DNA of 64,000 nucleotides from Patescibacteria group bacterium (GTDB lineage Bacteria; Patescibacteriota; Minisyncoccia; GCA-002772825): NCBI GenBank assembly GCA_024654625.1, contig JANLHB010000016.1, positions 137 to 64,136 of the forward strand, read 5' to 3'. Shown piece by piece: positions 55,504 to 64,000 of this stretch (position 1 is its first letter; each line of letters starts with the position of its first letter). The notes under the pieces were generated by a model. It saw only the letters and a program-made list of their open reading frames with translations, ran no database searches and was not told where the DNA came from. The position numbers and the translations under genes were made by a program.

Positions 55504-56436
55504 TTGTATAATAGATTTATGGGTATAAAAAGATTTATTTTTACTGTTATTTTAACGCTCGGTATTTTAGGCATCAACTTTGCTTTATTTAACGCGCCAC
55601 GCGCAGAGGCAGGGGAGACGATAAATGCCGGTTTTGTGAGTGGCTTGTGGTACTCAAGTAATAATTTTTTTGCCGGTGACAATGTGCGGATCTATTCGGC
55701 TATTCAAAATAATTCCGGTTTTGACATTGTCGGCAAGATTCAATTTTTTGATAACGAGGAAATTATTGGTGGATCAGAATTTTCGGTGATAAATGGGCGG
55801 TTGGTAGAGAAGTGGACAGATTGGAGTGTGAAGGAGGGCGACCATAATATTTATATAAAATTGGTTGATACTAAAAAGGCGATTATTGGCGGCGGATTTG
55901 AGCCTGTAACTTTAACTTTTGATTCTTCCCATACTGATAAAAGGTTCATTGATTCTGACACTGATGGTGATAAGATTGGAGACGCTGTAGATACTGATGA
56001 TGATAATGACGGCCTATCTGATGAGGAAGAGAAGTCGTTAGGGACGGACATTCTAAATAAAGATACAGATGGGGACGGAGTTTTTGATGGGGACGAAGTT
56101 TCAAGTGGCACTAATCCATTAGTTGCTTCTGGGAATAATACAGACGAAGAAGATCTACGTAGTTATGAAGGAGACACTAAAATAGGAGATATAAAAGATA
56201 TCGCCAAGTCTGTCGGACAGAAAACAGGAGAAACTATAGACAGCATAGTAGACAACCTAAAAGACAAAAAGACGTCCGTAGATGAAGCCAATAACCAAGA
56301 TAACCAAACCGGTCAGAGTAATTATTACGCGAAATTACTCTCAACCTTGATATATATCTTAGAGCACAAATGGCTTTTGGTAGCCGTATCTTTTATTCTA
56401 GCTCTGATATTAGGGAAGATGTTGAGGATAATTTAA
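55504..56436 (+). CDS. Surface protein with thrombospondin-type-3-like calcium-binding repeats and C-terminal TM anchor
   Basis: N-terminal signal/TM, repeats DSDTDGDKIGD / DTDDDNDGLSD / DTDGDGVFDGDE (DxDxDG), C-terminal hydrophobic helix WLLVAVSFILALILG. Confidence 0.5.
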   Translation: MYNRFMGIKRFIFTVILTLGILGINFALFNAPRAEAGETINAGFVSGLWYSSNNFFAGDNVRIYSAIQNNSGFDIVGKIQFFDNEEIIGGSEFSVINGRLVEKWTDWSVKEGDHNIYIKLVDTKKAIIGGGFEPVTLTFDSSHTDKRFIDSDTDGDKIGDAVDTDDDNDGLSDEEEKSLGTDILNKDTDGDGVFDGDEVSSGTNPLVASGNNTDEEDLRSYEGDTKIGDIKDIAKSVGQKTGETIDSIVDNLKDKKTSVDEANNQDNQTGQSNYYAKLLSTLIYILEHKWLLVAVSFILALILGKMLRII

Positions 56437-56500
56437 GAGAAGACTACGGACATGGACTACGGACATGCGACGTCCGTAGTCATGATGTATACGTTTTGAA
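56437..56500. terminator. Terminator hairpin with direct-repeat duplication (gactacggacatg x2 then inverted copy)
   Basis: gactacggacatggactacggacatgcgacgtccgtagtc. Confidence 0.45.
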
Positions 56501-56751
56501 GCGGTCGTTCTACTTTGTATACTTATCTTTTTGAAAGTTTGACAAGATTTTGTCTTTGAGTATACTGATAATCATATAGTCGTAGACAGTAGGCATATCC
56601 CGATAGTCGGGAAAAATAAGCCCTGCCGAGACATTGGCCATTTTTGGCTGTTTCTTGCGACTTTTATAGGTCGTTTTTATTTTTTTAGCCACTAGTCCGC
56701 CGCGGCGGATAGCCGCTAGCGACTAGAAAATCTAACAAAAAATCGATTATT

Positions 56752-56784
56752 ATTGGCTAAACCCTAATGGCTAAGTACTAAATT
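56752..56784 (+). promoter_or_regulatory. Conserved leader/promoter motif upstream of rplJ (shared with rplK)
   Basis: ATTGGCTAAACCCTAATGGCTAAGTACTAAATTATGGCAA. Also an upstream inverted repeat ctagtccgccgcggcggatagccgctagcgactag, a possible L10 autoregulatory leader. Confidence 0.45.
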
Positions 56785-57300
56785 ATGGCAATAACAAGAC
56801 AAAAGAAAGAAGAAATATTGAAGAATATTGAAGATAAGGGTAAAAAATCCGCTTCAGCTATTTTCGTGAATTTTCACGGATTGAACGTAGCTGGAGAGAC
56901 TGAGCTTAGAAGCAATCTTAGGAATAGCGGTGTTGATTATGTGGTGGCAAAGAAGACGTTGATAAGGAAGGCGTTTGGCACTCTTAAGTTAAAAGGAGAG
57001 ATTCCAGAGCTTGACGGAGAAGTGGCAGTTGCCTTTGGAAAAGAAGATGCTGTCGCTCCAGCCAGAGAGGTGTTCGAATTTGGGAAAAAGCACAAGGATA
57101 TGATCACAATGTTGGGAGGTATGCTTGAAGGCGAGTATATAGACGCAAATAAAGCCTTGATGCTTGCCAACATACCATCGAGAGAGGTGCTTTATGGTAA
57201 GTTCGTTAATGTTATTAATTCACCGGTTCAAGGTATGGTCGTCACTTTGAATGGAGTTATGGGTAATTTTGTGAGAGTTTTAGGTCAAATTAAAAAGTAG
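56785..57300 (+). CDS. rplJ: 50S ribosomal protein L10
   Basis: L10 fold with VVAKKTLIRKA and C-terminal L7/L12-binding helix. Followed by rplL. Confidence 0.85.
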   Translation: MAITRQKKEEILKNIEDKGKKSASAIFVNFHGLNVAGETELRSNLRNSGVDYVVAKKTLIRKAFGTLKLKGEIPELDGEVAVAFGKEDAVAPAREVFEFGKKHKDMITMLGGMLEGEYIDANKALMLANIPSREVLYGKFVNVINSPVQGMVVTLNGVMGNFVRVLGQIKK

Positions 57301-57362
57301 TTCAGAAAAATTAAAAATAATTTAAAGTAATCACGAAAAATTAAAAAGCTTATTTTCTTTAA

Positions 57363-57388
57363 GCCTGCCTGCCGGTAGGCAGGGACGG
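57363..57388. repeat. REP-like palindrome family 2 copy (GCCTGCCTGCCGGTAGGCAGGG)
   Basis: Palindrome in the rplJ-rplL intergenic region. Confidence 0.5.
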
Positions 57389-57441
57389 TCATAAAGGAAA
57401 TCCTACAGAAAATAACTTTTGAATTTTTCTTAAAAAATATT

Positions 57442-57849
57442 ATGACAGAAGAAACAAAAAAAGATGTAGTAGTGCCTTCAAAATTCAAAGAGATTGTTGA
57501 GGCGATTGAAAAGATGAGTGTTCTTGACCTTTCAGAATTAGTAAAGATATTTGAGGAGAAGTTTGGCGTATCAGCACAGGCTACTGTGGCAGTAGCTGCG
57601 CCGACAGCAGGTGGTGACGCAGGAGCCGGAGAAGAGAAAAGCTCATTCACGGTAGAGCTTAAGAGCGCCGGAGAGCAGAAAATACAAGTTATTAAGGCAG
57701 CTAAAGAGATCTTAGGTCTTGGACTTAAGGAGGCTAAAGACTTGGTTGACGGCGCTCCGGCAGTGTTGAAAGAAGGCGTTAAGAAGGAAGAAGCTGAAGA
57801 AATAAAGAAGAAATTTGAAGAAGCTGGCGCAGTTGTAGAGCTTAAATAA
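57442..57849 (+). CDS. rplL: 50S ribosomal protein L7/L12
   Basis: N-terminal dimerisation domain, Ala/Gly/Glu hinge, C-terminal domain [10 protein letters not shown]...[17 protein letters not shown]. Confidence 0.9.
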   Translation: MTEETKKDVVVPSKFKEIVEAIEKMSVLDLSELVKIFEEKFGVSAQATVAVAAPTAGGDAGAGEEKSSFTVELKSAGEQKIQVIKAAKEILGLGLKEAKDLVDGAPAVLKEGVKKEEAEEIKKKFEEAGAVVELK

Positions 57850-57898
57850 GCGCCTTATACTTGAAAAAACACGAGATAAGAGTTAAAATGTTCATATT

Positions 57899-58468
57899 AT
57901 GGATATCTTAGGAACGCTTTTCGGCTCTCAAAATCGTGTAAAAATCTTACGATTGTTTTTTCTTAATACTGAAGAAATAATTGATAATAAAGAAATCTCC
58001 CGTAGGAGCAAGGTCCAACCGGCCGCTCTCCGTCGGGAGATTTCTGTTTTATCTAAGATAGGTTTTTTAAAGAAGAAAAAAATCGGCAAGGCGATAGGGT
58101 GGCAGATTGACCCTATTTTTCCGTATTTGAATCTGCTTAGAAGCTTGCTTCTTAACTCCACCGCTGTAAGCGCAGAAGATTTAGCTAAGAAACTTAAAAC
58201 TGTTGGTAAGATAAAATTGATAATAATATCCGGTATTTTTATACAGAATGATGATAACAGGATTGATCTTTTGGTTGTAGGGGACTTTATAAAGAAAAAT
58301 AAGATTGAGAAGACTATAAAAGATATTGAAGCCGTTGTCGGAAAAGAGCTTAAATACGCTTTTTTTGATACGGAAGAATTTCTTTATCGTATGGGCATAT
58401 ATGATAAGTTTGTGCGGGATATTTTGGATTACACGCATGAGAAGATTTTAAATAAACTGAACATATAA
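57899..58468 (+). CDS. Hypothetical winged-helix plus nucleotidyltransferase-like domain protein
   Basis: N-terminal wHTH-like segment (NRVKILRLFFLNTEE...LRREISVLSKIGFL) and a weak NTase-like IISGIF...DDNRIDLLVVGD. Confidence 0.3.
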   Translation: MDILGTLFGSQNRVKILRLFFLNTEEIIDNKEISRRSKVQPAALRREISVLSKIGFLKKKKIGKAIGWQIDPIFPYLNLLRSLLLNSTAVSAEDLAKKLKTVGKIKLIIISGIFIQNDDNRIDLLVVGDFIKKNKIEKTIKDIEAVVGKELKYAFFDTEEFLYRMGIYDKFVRDILDYTHEKILNKLNI

Positions 58469-58471
58469 TAA

Positions 58472-59626
58472 ATGAAAGAAGATACCTTAAAAGCCGGCGA
58501 ACATTCCTCATCAAAAAAGATTTTAATAGCAACCGGTATCTATCCTCCGGATATAGGCGGACCTGCAACTTATTCAAAGCAATTGTTTGACCATCTTCCT
58601 TTGCATGGGTTTAGTGTCTATATTATGAACTTCAGTGATGTCAGAAATTTGCCTCGGGTTTTGCGCCATTTTGTTTATCTTTTAAAATTACTGAAAGCTG
58701 GAAAAACCGCAGATATAATTTTTGCGCAAGATCCGGTGAGTGTCGGTTTGCCGGCATACTTGGCTTCAAAAATATTAAGAAAGAAATTTATACTTAAAGT
58801 TGTTGGTGATTATGCTTGGGAGCAGTATTGTCAGAAATTTCCAAGTTCCAAATTTCAATTTCCAAGTTTGGAAAAATTTCAAGTTGAGAGGTTTGATTTA
58901 GTCACAGAGCTTAGAAGGAAAACGCAGAGATATGTCGCTTCAAACGCGTTGAAAGTGATAGTTCCAAGTAATTATTTAAAGAAAATTGTTACAAGCTGGG
59001 GTGTTAGCGATGATAAGATTTTTATTGTCTATAATTCTTTTGACTACTCAACTATTCTTGAAAATAGGGACGAACTAAGACGCGAATATAATATAGATGG
59101 CAATATTATTGTTTCTGCGGGGAGGTTGGTCCCTTGGAAGGGATTTGACGCCCTTATTGAGACTATGCCGGATATTTTGAAAAGTAATCCGCATACTAAG
59201 CTTTTGATTATCGGAGACGGTCCGGAGAGAAAAAATCTTGATTCTAAAATTCTGGACTTTGGGATCAAGGATAATGTAATAATGCTCGGCAGGCTCTCCC
59301 ATGAAGAGGTGCTTGCGTATTTAAAAGCTTCTGATATTTTTATATTAAATACCGCTTACGAAGGTTTTTCTCATCAGTTGCTTGAGGTTATGGAATCCGG
59401 TATTCCTATTATCACCACCGCTATAGGCGGAAACCGTGAGATTATAAAAGATGGAGAAAACGGTATATTTATAGAATTTAATGATAAGAAAGCAATCAAA
59501 GAATCACTGCTACGATTACTTTTTGATAAGGAGTTTGGCGGCAATCTTTCCAAAGAAGGGAAGGGAACAGTTAAAAATTTTTCAAAAGAAAGAATGATAA
59601 ATGAAACTATTAAAATATTAATATAA
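58472..59626 (+). CDS. Glycosyltransferase family 4 (GT-B, group 1)
   Basis: EGFSHQLLEVMESGIPIITTAIGGNREIIKDGENG (E-x7-E region). Confidence 0.8.
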   Translation: MKEDTLKAGEHSSSKKILIATGIYPPDIGGPATYSKQLFDHLPLHGFSVYIMNFSDVRNLPRVLRHFVYLLKLLKAGKTADIIFAQDPVSVGLPAYLASKILRKKFILKVVGDYAWEQYCQKFPSSKFQFPSLEKFQVERFDLVTELRRKTQRYVASNALKVIVPSNYLKKIVTSWGVSDDKIFIVYNSFDYSTILENRDELRREYNIDGNIIVSAGRLVPWKGFDALIETMPDILKSNPHTKLLIIGDGPERKNLDSKILDFGIKDNVIMLGRLSHEEVLAYLKASDIFILNTAYEGFSHQLLEVMESGIPIITTAIGGNREIIKDGENGIFIEFNDKKAIKESLLRLLFDKEFGGNLSKEGKGTVKNFSKERMINETIKILI

Positions 59627-59631
59627 TATAT

Positions 59632-60753
59632 ATGGCAAAAAATATTTTAATGATCTCAAGGGACGACTTGATATTTAAAGACGGATCTGATGTGCGAGTT
59701 AGGATGTCTGAATATGGCACCTTGGTAAATAGGCTTGATATCATAGTATTTACTAAAAATGCGACTAACTCTAATTATAATAATCCTGTGAATATAGCAG
59801 GTAATGTATTTGCCTATGCTACTAATTCTAAGAGCAAACTATTTTATATTTCTGATGCTTTAAAAATCGCTCGTAAGCTTAAAAGGCCTGACCTTATCAC
59901 AACACAAGATCCTTTTGAGGCCGGTTTTTCTGGTTGGCTTATAAAAAGAGAATTCAACACAAAATTACAAATACAAATCCATACAGATTTTCTTTCGCCA
60001 TTTTTTAAGAAAGAGTCAATCTTAAATCGTATTAGAGTCGTTATCGCTAATTTTATCATCCCTCGCGCGGATTGTGTCAGAGTTGTCTCCCTGAGGATTA
60101 AGGCATCAATAAAGAAAAAATACAACATTTCTAATGTAGAAGTCTTACCGATTTTTGTTGATGTGAAAAAAATAAGAGAAGCGCCTATCATTGAAAATTT
60201 ACGCAGAAAATATCCGCAATTTAATTTTATAATTCTTATGGCCGGACGCCTTAGTGTGGAGAAAAATATCCCACTGGCGCTCAGTGTTATGAAAGATATT
60301 TTCAGGAAATATCCTAAAGTGGGGCTTGTTATTGTTGGCGCCGGACCGGAAGAAAAGAAACTTAAATATAAAGCCAGAAAAATGAAAAATAATGTGATTT
60401 TTGAACCATGGAACGATAATCTTGCTTCATATTATAAAACAGCCAGTATCTTTTTGCTCACTTCCAATTATGAAGGTTTTGGCAGGACGGTTATGGAAGC
60501 TACGGCTTCTTCTTGTCCTGTTGTTATGACTGATGTCGGACTTGCGGGTGAGATTATAAAAGACGGTTATAGCGGTTTTGTCGTGCCTGTTTCAAATAGG
60601 GCGGCATTGAAAGAAGCGCTACTTAAAATGATCAATGATAAATTGCTTTTCAGCGATCTCGTTGTAAGCGCTGAATATATGGCCGCTGTTTTGTTTGATA
60701 AAAAAGAGTATCTGGATGTTTGCAAAAGATTATGGGAAGAATGCGCATCCTAA
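59632..60753 (+). CDS. Glycosyltransferase family 4 (GT-B, group 1)
   Basis: EGFGRTVMEATASSCPVVMTDVGLAGEIIKDGYSG. Confidence 0.8.
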   Translation: MAKNILMISRDDLIFKDGSDVRVRMSEYGTLVNRLDIIVFTKNATNSNYNNPVNIAGNVFAYATNSKSKLFYISDALKIARKLKRPDLITTQDPFEAGFSGWLIKREFNTKLQIQIHTDFLSPFFKKESILNRIRVVIANFIIPRADCVRVVSLRIKASIKKKYNISNVEVLPIFVDVKKIREAPIIENLRRKYPQFNFIILMAGRLSVEKNIPLALSVMKDIFRKYPKVGLVIVGAGPEEKKLKYKARKMKNNVIFEPWNDNLASYYKTASIFLLTSNYEGFGRTVMEATASSCPVVMTDVGLAGEIIKDGYSGFVVPVSNRAALKEALLKMINDKLLFSDLVVSAEYMAAVLFDKKEYLDVCKRLWEECAS

Positions 60754-61445
60754 ATTTTTCTTGCTATTGCAATAAAGTTTGAATATCCGCTTTTTCTTTT
60801 TATTTCTTCAATCCTTTTTATTTTAAAATCGTTTTTTTCTAGTAATCGGCATAAATCTTTTTTGGTGAAAGCATGAAGGAAACGAGATTTTCTGTATTTA
60901 TTGAAATTTAAATATATATCTTTAAAATCAAGTTTGGAAAGATCGAATATCTTTAAGAAAGCATATTTTATAATTAGAGGAATAAACTTTTTTTGCCATA
61001 AATTCCAGACTGATATGACTAATATGCCATCGTTTTTTAATACTCGGCGAGCTTCTTTTATAAATTGTTCTCTCAGTTTAGCGGATGGAATATGATGAAG
61101 TACGGCAAACGAAAATATGGTATCGAACAAATTGTCATCAAAAGGCAGATTTATCCCTTCTGTTTTAATAAATGTCGCTTTTGTGCCGTATCTCTCCCGA
61201 GCTATTTTAAGCAGCTCAAGAGATGTATCGCTCCCTGTGTAATGAATATTTTTATCCGCAAGTTGCTCAAAAAAACGGCCGTTCCCGCAGCCGAGGTCAA
61301 GTATTTTATCATTCTCTTTTATTAACCCTTTTATGAAGTTTAATTCCTCCCAAAACATTGTTCTCGTATTGGAAAAATCCTTTGCTATCTTGTCGTAATT
61401 AGCTATTGATTCGGCTAAAATTTCTTTTGCTATTTCTTCTTTCAT
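60750..61445 (-). CDS. Class I SAM-dependent methyltransferase
   Basis: Motif I ILDLGCGNGRF and post-I acidic residue. Methyltransf_11-like layout. Confidence 0.75.
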   Translation of the reverse strand: MKEEIAKEILAESIANYDKIAKDFSNTRTMFWEELNFIKGLIKENDKILDLGCGNGRFFEQLADKNIHYTGSDTSLELLKIARERYGTKATFIKTEGINLPFDDNLFDTIFSFAVLHHIPSAKLREQFIKEARRVLKNDGILVISVWNLWQKKFIPLIIKYAFLKIFDLSKLDFKDIYLNFNKYRKSRFLHAFTKKDLCRLLEKNDFKIKRIEEIKRKSGYSNFIAIARKI

Positions 61446-61489
61446 TGTTTATAGTATAGCTAAATTATGGTAATTCTTCCACATTTAAT

Positions 61490-63121
61490 ATGATTTTTAA
61501 AGGTATTAAAACTGAGGCTGACATAGAAAAATTAAAGAGATTTATTGCCAAAGATAAGTCTCTCTATAAGCGTGTCTTAAAGATAAAAAATAAGATTACT
61601 TTTAGGTCCAATAAGTATATTTATAAGACTAAGCCTTTGCCTGTAAATGCAGAGATTCTGGCTCTATATAAAGATATGGTGGAGAAGGGGGAAGAGAAAA
61701 TATCTAAGGATGTGGAATTACTGTTGCGGAAGATAAAGACAAAGAGTAATTCGGGCATAGTCTCCGTGTCTCTTCTGACAAAGCCATTTGCTTGCCCCGG
61801 TAAGTGTGTTTATTGTCCTACGGAGAAACAGATGCCCAAAAGCTATCTTGCTAAAGAGCCTGCCGCCAGTCGCGCCTTGAGAAATAATTTTGACCCGTAC
61901 AAGCAAGTCACTACGAGGCTTCGCGCCTTGGAGACGAATGGCCATCCAGTCGACAAGATAGAAGTTATTGTGATAGGCGGGACATGGAGTTATTACCCTG
62001 AAAAGTATCAGAAAGAATTTATATCAGAGATTTTTAGAGCTTGTAATAATTATAAAAGAAAAGAACATATTAAGAAAAATGCCAAATCGCTTGATAGCTT
62101 GCAAAAATTAAACGAAAAAGCAAAGTGCAGAGTCATTGGATTGTCTGTAGAGACAAGACCGGATTATATAAGCTTAAGTGAGATAAAAAAGATGAGGCGT
62201 CTTGGTGTGACAAAAGTAGAAATAGGCGTCCAGAATCTTGACGATGATGTGATGTCAAAAAATGCGAGGGGAATTTCAAAAGAAAGAATTGCCGAGGCAA
62301 CGGCCCTCCTTCGCTTGGCAGGGTTAAAGATTGTTTATCATATGATGCCCAATCTATACACAAGCACTTACAAAAAAGACGTAGGGATGTTTAAAGAGCT
62401 TTTTTCTAACTCTCTCTTTTATCCGGATATGTTGAAAATATATCCGTGTGTTGTTCTTAAAAATAGCAGTTTGTATAAATTGTGGCAGAAAGGTGAATTC
62501 AAGTCTTACGGTGATAAAAAGCTTGCGAAATTATTGATAGAAGTTAAAAAAGGTATCCCTAAATTTGTAAGATTGATTCGAGTTATCCGCGATATTCCGG
62601 CTGAATATATTGTGGCCGGAAGCAAGATTTCAAACTTGAGACAGCTTCTCGAAGCTGACCAGATAGAAAATAATTGGAAGTGCAAGTGCATCAGATGCAG
62701 AGAGATAAGAGAAGCGGATTTTGATTTAAATGAATTAATTCTTGAAAAGGAAGAGTATGAAACTTCTGTCGGTAAGGAAGTGTTTTTAAGCTGGGAGAAA
62801 AAATCAACTGATAAAATAGCCGCATTCGCGCGTTTATTTTTGCCTTCAGCGTTTGATAAAAGTGAGACGCTTCCTGTTGTCCGTGGATGCGCTATCATAA
62901 GGGAACTTCATACGTATGGCAGGCTTGTGCCTGTGGCGGAAAAGGGATTGCAGAGCCAGCACCGTGGGCTGGGCAGTTCTCTTATTAATGAGGCTGAAAA
63001 GATGTCTAAGGAGGCCGGTTATAAGAAGATAGCCATAATCTCAGGCATTGGAGTCAGGGATTATTATCGGAAATTAGGATATCGGCTTGCCGATGGATAT
63101 ATGGTAAAATCATTAATATGA
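61490..63121 (+). CDS. ELP3-like radical SAM / GNAT acetyltransferase (bacterial Elongator protein 3 homologue, tRNA U34 modification)
   Basis: Radical SAM CPGKCVYCP cluster, ELP3-specific YHMMPNL...FYPDMLKIYPCVVLKNSSLYKLWQKGEFKSY block, C-terminal GNAT motif QHRGLGSSLI. Confidence 0.75.
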   Translation: MIFKGIKTEADIEKLKRFIAKDKSLYKRVLKIKNKITFRSNKYIYKTKPLPVNAEILALYKDMVEKGEEKISKDVELLLRKIKTKSNSGIVSVSLLTKPFACPGKCVYCPTEKQMPKSYLAKEPAASRALRNNFDPYKQVTTRLRALETNGHPVDKIEVIVIGGTWSYYPEKYQKEFISEIFRACNNYKRKEHIKKNAKSLDSLQKLNEKAKCRVIGLSVETRPDYISLSEIKKMRRLGVTKVEIGVQNLDDDVMSKNARGISKERIAEATALLRLAGLKIVYHMMPNLYTSTYKKDVGMFKELFSNSLFYPDMLKIYPCVVLKNSSLYKLWQKGEFKSYGDKKLAKLLIEVKKGIPKFVRLIRVIRDIPAEYIVAGSKISNLRQLLEADQIENNWKCKCIRCREIREADFDLNELILEKEEYETSVGKEVFLSWEKKSTDKIAAFARLFLPSAFDKSETLPVVRGCAIIRELHTYGRLVPVAEKGLQSQHRGLGSSLINEAEKMSKEAGYKKIAIISGIGVRDYYRKLGYRLADGYMVKSLI

Positions 63122-64000
63122 AGCTTCTATTTATAACTCAAAAAGTTGATAAGAGTGACGATCTCTTGGGTATCTATCATGAGTGGATTAAAAAACTAGC
63201 TTCGGAGTTTGAATTTGTTCACGTCATCTGTCTTTATAAAGGAGAATATGATTTGCCTTTTAATGTAAAAGTTCATTCTCTTGGGAAGGAGGAATATTTT
63301 CGGAAAAGGTGCGACCTTGGAGGAGGAGCTTGCGACGGAAAAAGATCGTTCCTTGAGGAGAAAATATTTTCGCGCGTTAAATATGTCGTTCGCTTCTATA
63401 AATATACTTGGCTCTTAAGAAAGGAATATGACAGTGTGTTTGTCCATATGAACCCGGAGTATCTTATATTGGCCGGTCCCATATGGAGGCTCTTGGGTAA
63501 AAAAGTTGTGTTATGGTATGCGCACTTTCTTGATAGTCTGAAGTTGAGAATAGCTGTTTTCTTTATTAATAAAGTTGTAACTTCCGTAAAAGAGGCATTT
63601 CCTTTCAACACAAGAAAGCTTGTTGTCCTGCAACAGGGTATAGATATACATAGATTTACTCCTAAAGAATCTGGTATCTCTGAGGATGGTAAGATAGATA
63701 TACTTTTTGTCGGCAGAATAAGCCCTGTAAAAAATCTAGATACACTTATTAAGGCGTTTGGTCTCTTGATAAAAAAGCATCATAATTTGCATCTTAATAT
63801 TATTGGTGGTCCTACTGAAAAAGATATGGATTATTTCCAGAAAATTAAGAATATGGTAAGTGAGCTTGAGATTGAGAAAAATGTTTCGTTCCTGGGGAAA
63901 GTACCTAATGATAAAACGCCGGAGATATATAATGATAATGATATTTTTGTTAATCTTACAAAAACTGGAAGTTTTGACAAGACGACTCTTGAGGCCATGG
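63118..64000 (+). CDS. Glycosyltransferase family 4 (partial, runs off window end)
   Basis: Manual translation MKLLFITQKVDKSDDLLGIYHEWIKKLA...ILFVGRISPVKNLDTLIKAF...NIIGGP, the typical GT4 start and linker. No stop before 64000. Confidence 0.65.
   Translation, partial: MKLLFITQKVDKSDDLLGIYHEWIKKLASEFEFVHVICLYKGEYDLPFNVKVHSLGKEEYFRKRCDLGGGACDGKRSFLEEKIFSRVKYVVRFYKYTWLLRKEYDSVFVHMNPEYLILAGPIWRLLGKKVVLWYAHFLDSLKLRIAVFFINKVVTSVKEAFPFNTRKLVVLQQGIDIHRFTPKESGISEDGKIDILFVGRISPVKNLDTLIKAFGLLIKKHHNLHLNIIGGPTEKDMDYFQKIKNMVSELEIEKNVSFLGKVPNDKTPEIYNDNDIFVNLTKTGSFDKTTLEAM

Overview
This 64-kb window has low G+C (roughly low-to-mid 30s % in sampled lines) and is densely packed with genes, mostly on the + strand. 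The gene content points to a small-genome bacterium, most consistent with a Candidate Phyla Radiation (Patescibacteria/Parcubacteria-like) organism; this is inference. It encodes many core information-processing genes (ileS, glyQS, metG, lepA, efp, recA, recO, ftsK, ssb, rpsF-ssb-rpsR, secE-nusG-rplK, rplJ-rplL, murJ, tmk) and an RNase P RNA that the ORF track cannot show. An oxidative-stress cluster holds an encapsulated-ferritin-like protein, a peroxiredoxin and a superoxide dismutase. A deoxypyrimidine cluster has unusual architecture: class II RNR, a long-form dCTP deaminase, a ThyA-like protein with an unknown N-terminal domain, tmk, and a ThyX-like protein with a large insertion. The isoleucyl-tRNA synthetase carries a complete histidine-phosphatase (PGM-family) domain inserted in its catalytic core. 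It also contains a heptanucleotide microsatellite and a 45-bp inverted repeat in frame. The window has three families of palindromic intergenic repeats. One is a 21-bp REP that occurs six times around an IS200-like REP-associated tyrosine transposase (RAYT) and is read in frame inside neighbouring ORFs. A cell-surface island (about 43.2-56.4 kb) has a high-G+C S-layer-like 1182-aa protein with a peptidoglycan-binding domain. It also has a 1596-aa membrane-anchored protein combining a zinc phospholipase-C-like domain, a lamin-tail domain and beta-helix repeats, and a calcium-binding-repeat protein. The window ends with a glycosyltransferase, methyltransferase and bacterial ELP3-like cluster. 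Neither rplA nor rpoB follows the ribosomal genes as in the canonical operon. rplK and rplJ share a near-identical 40-nt upstream motif.
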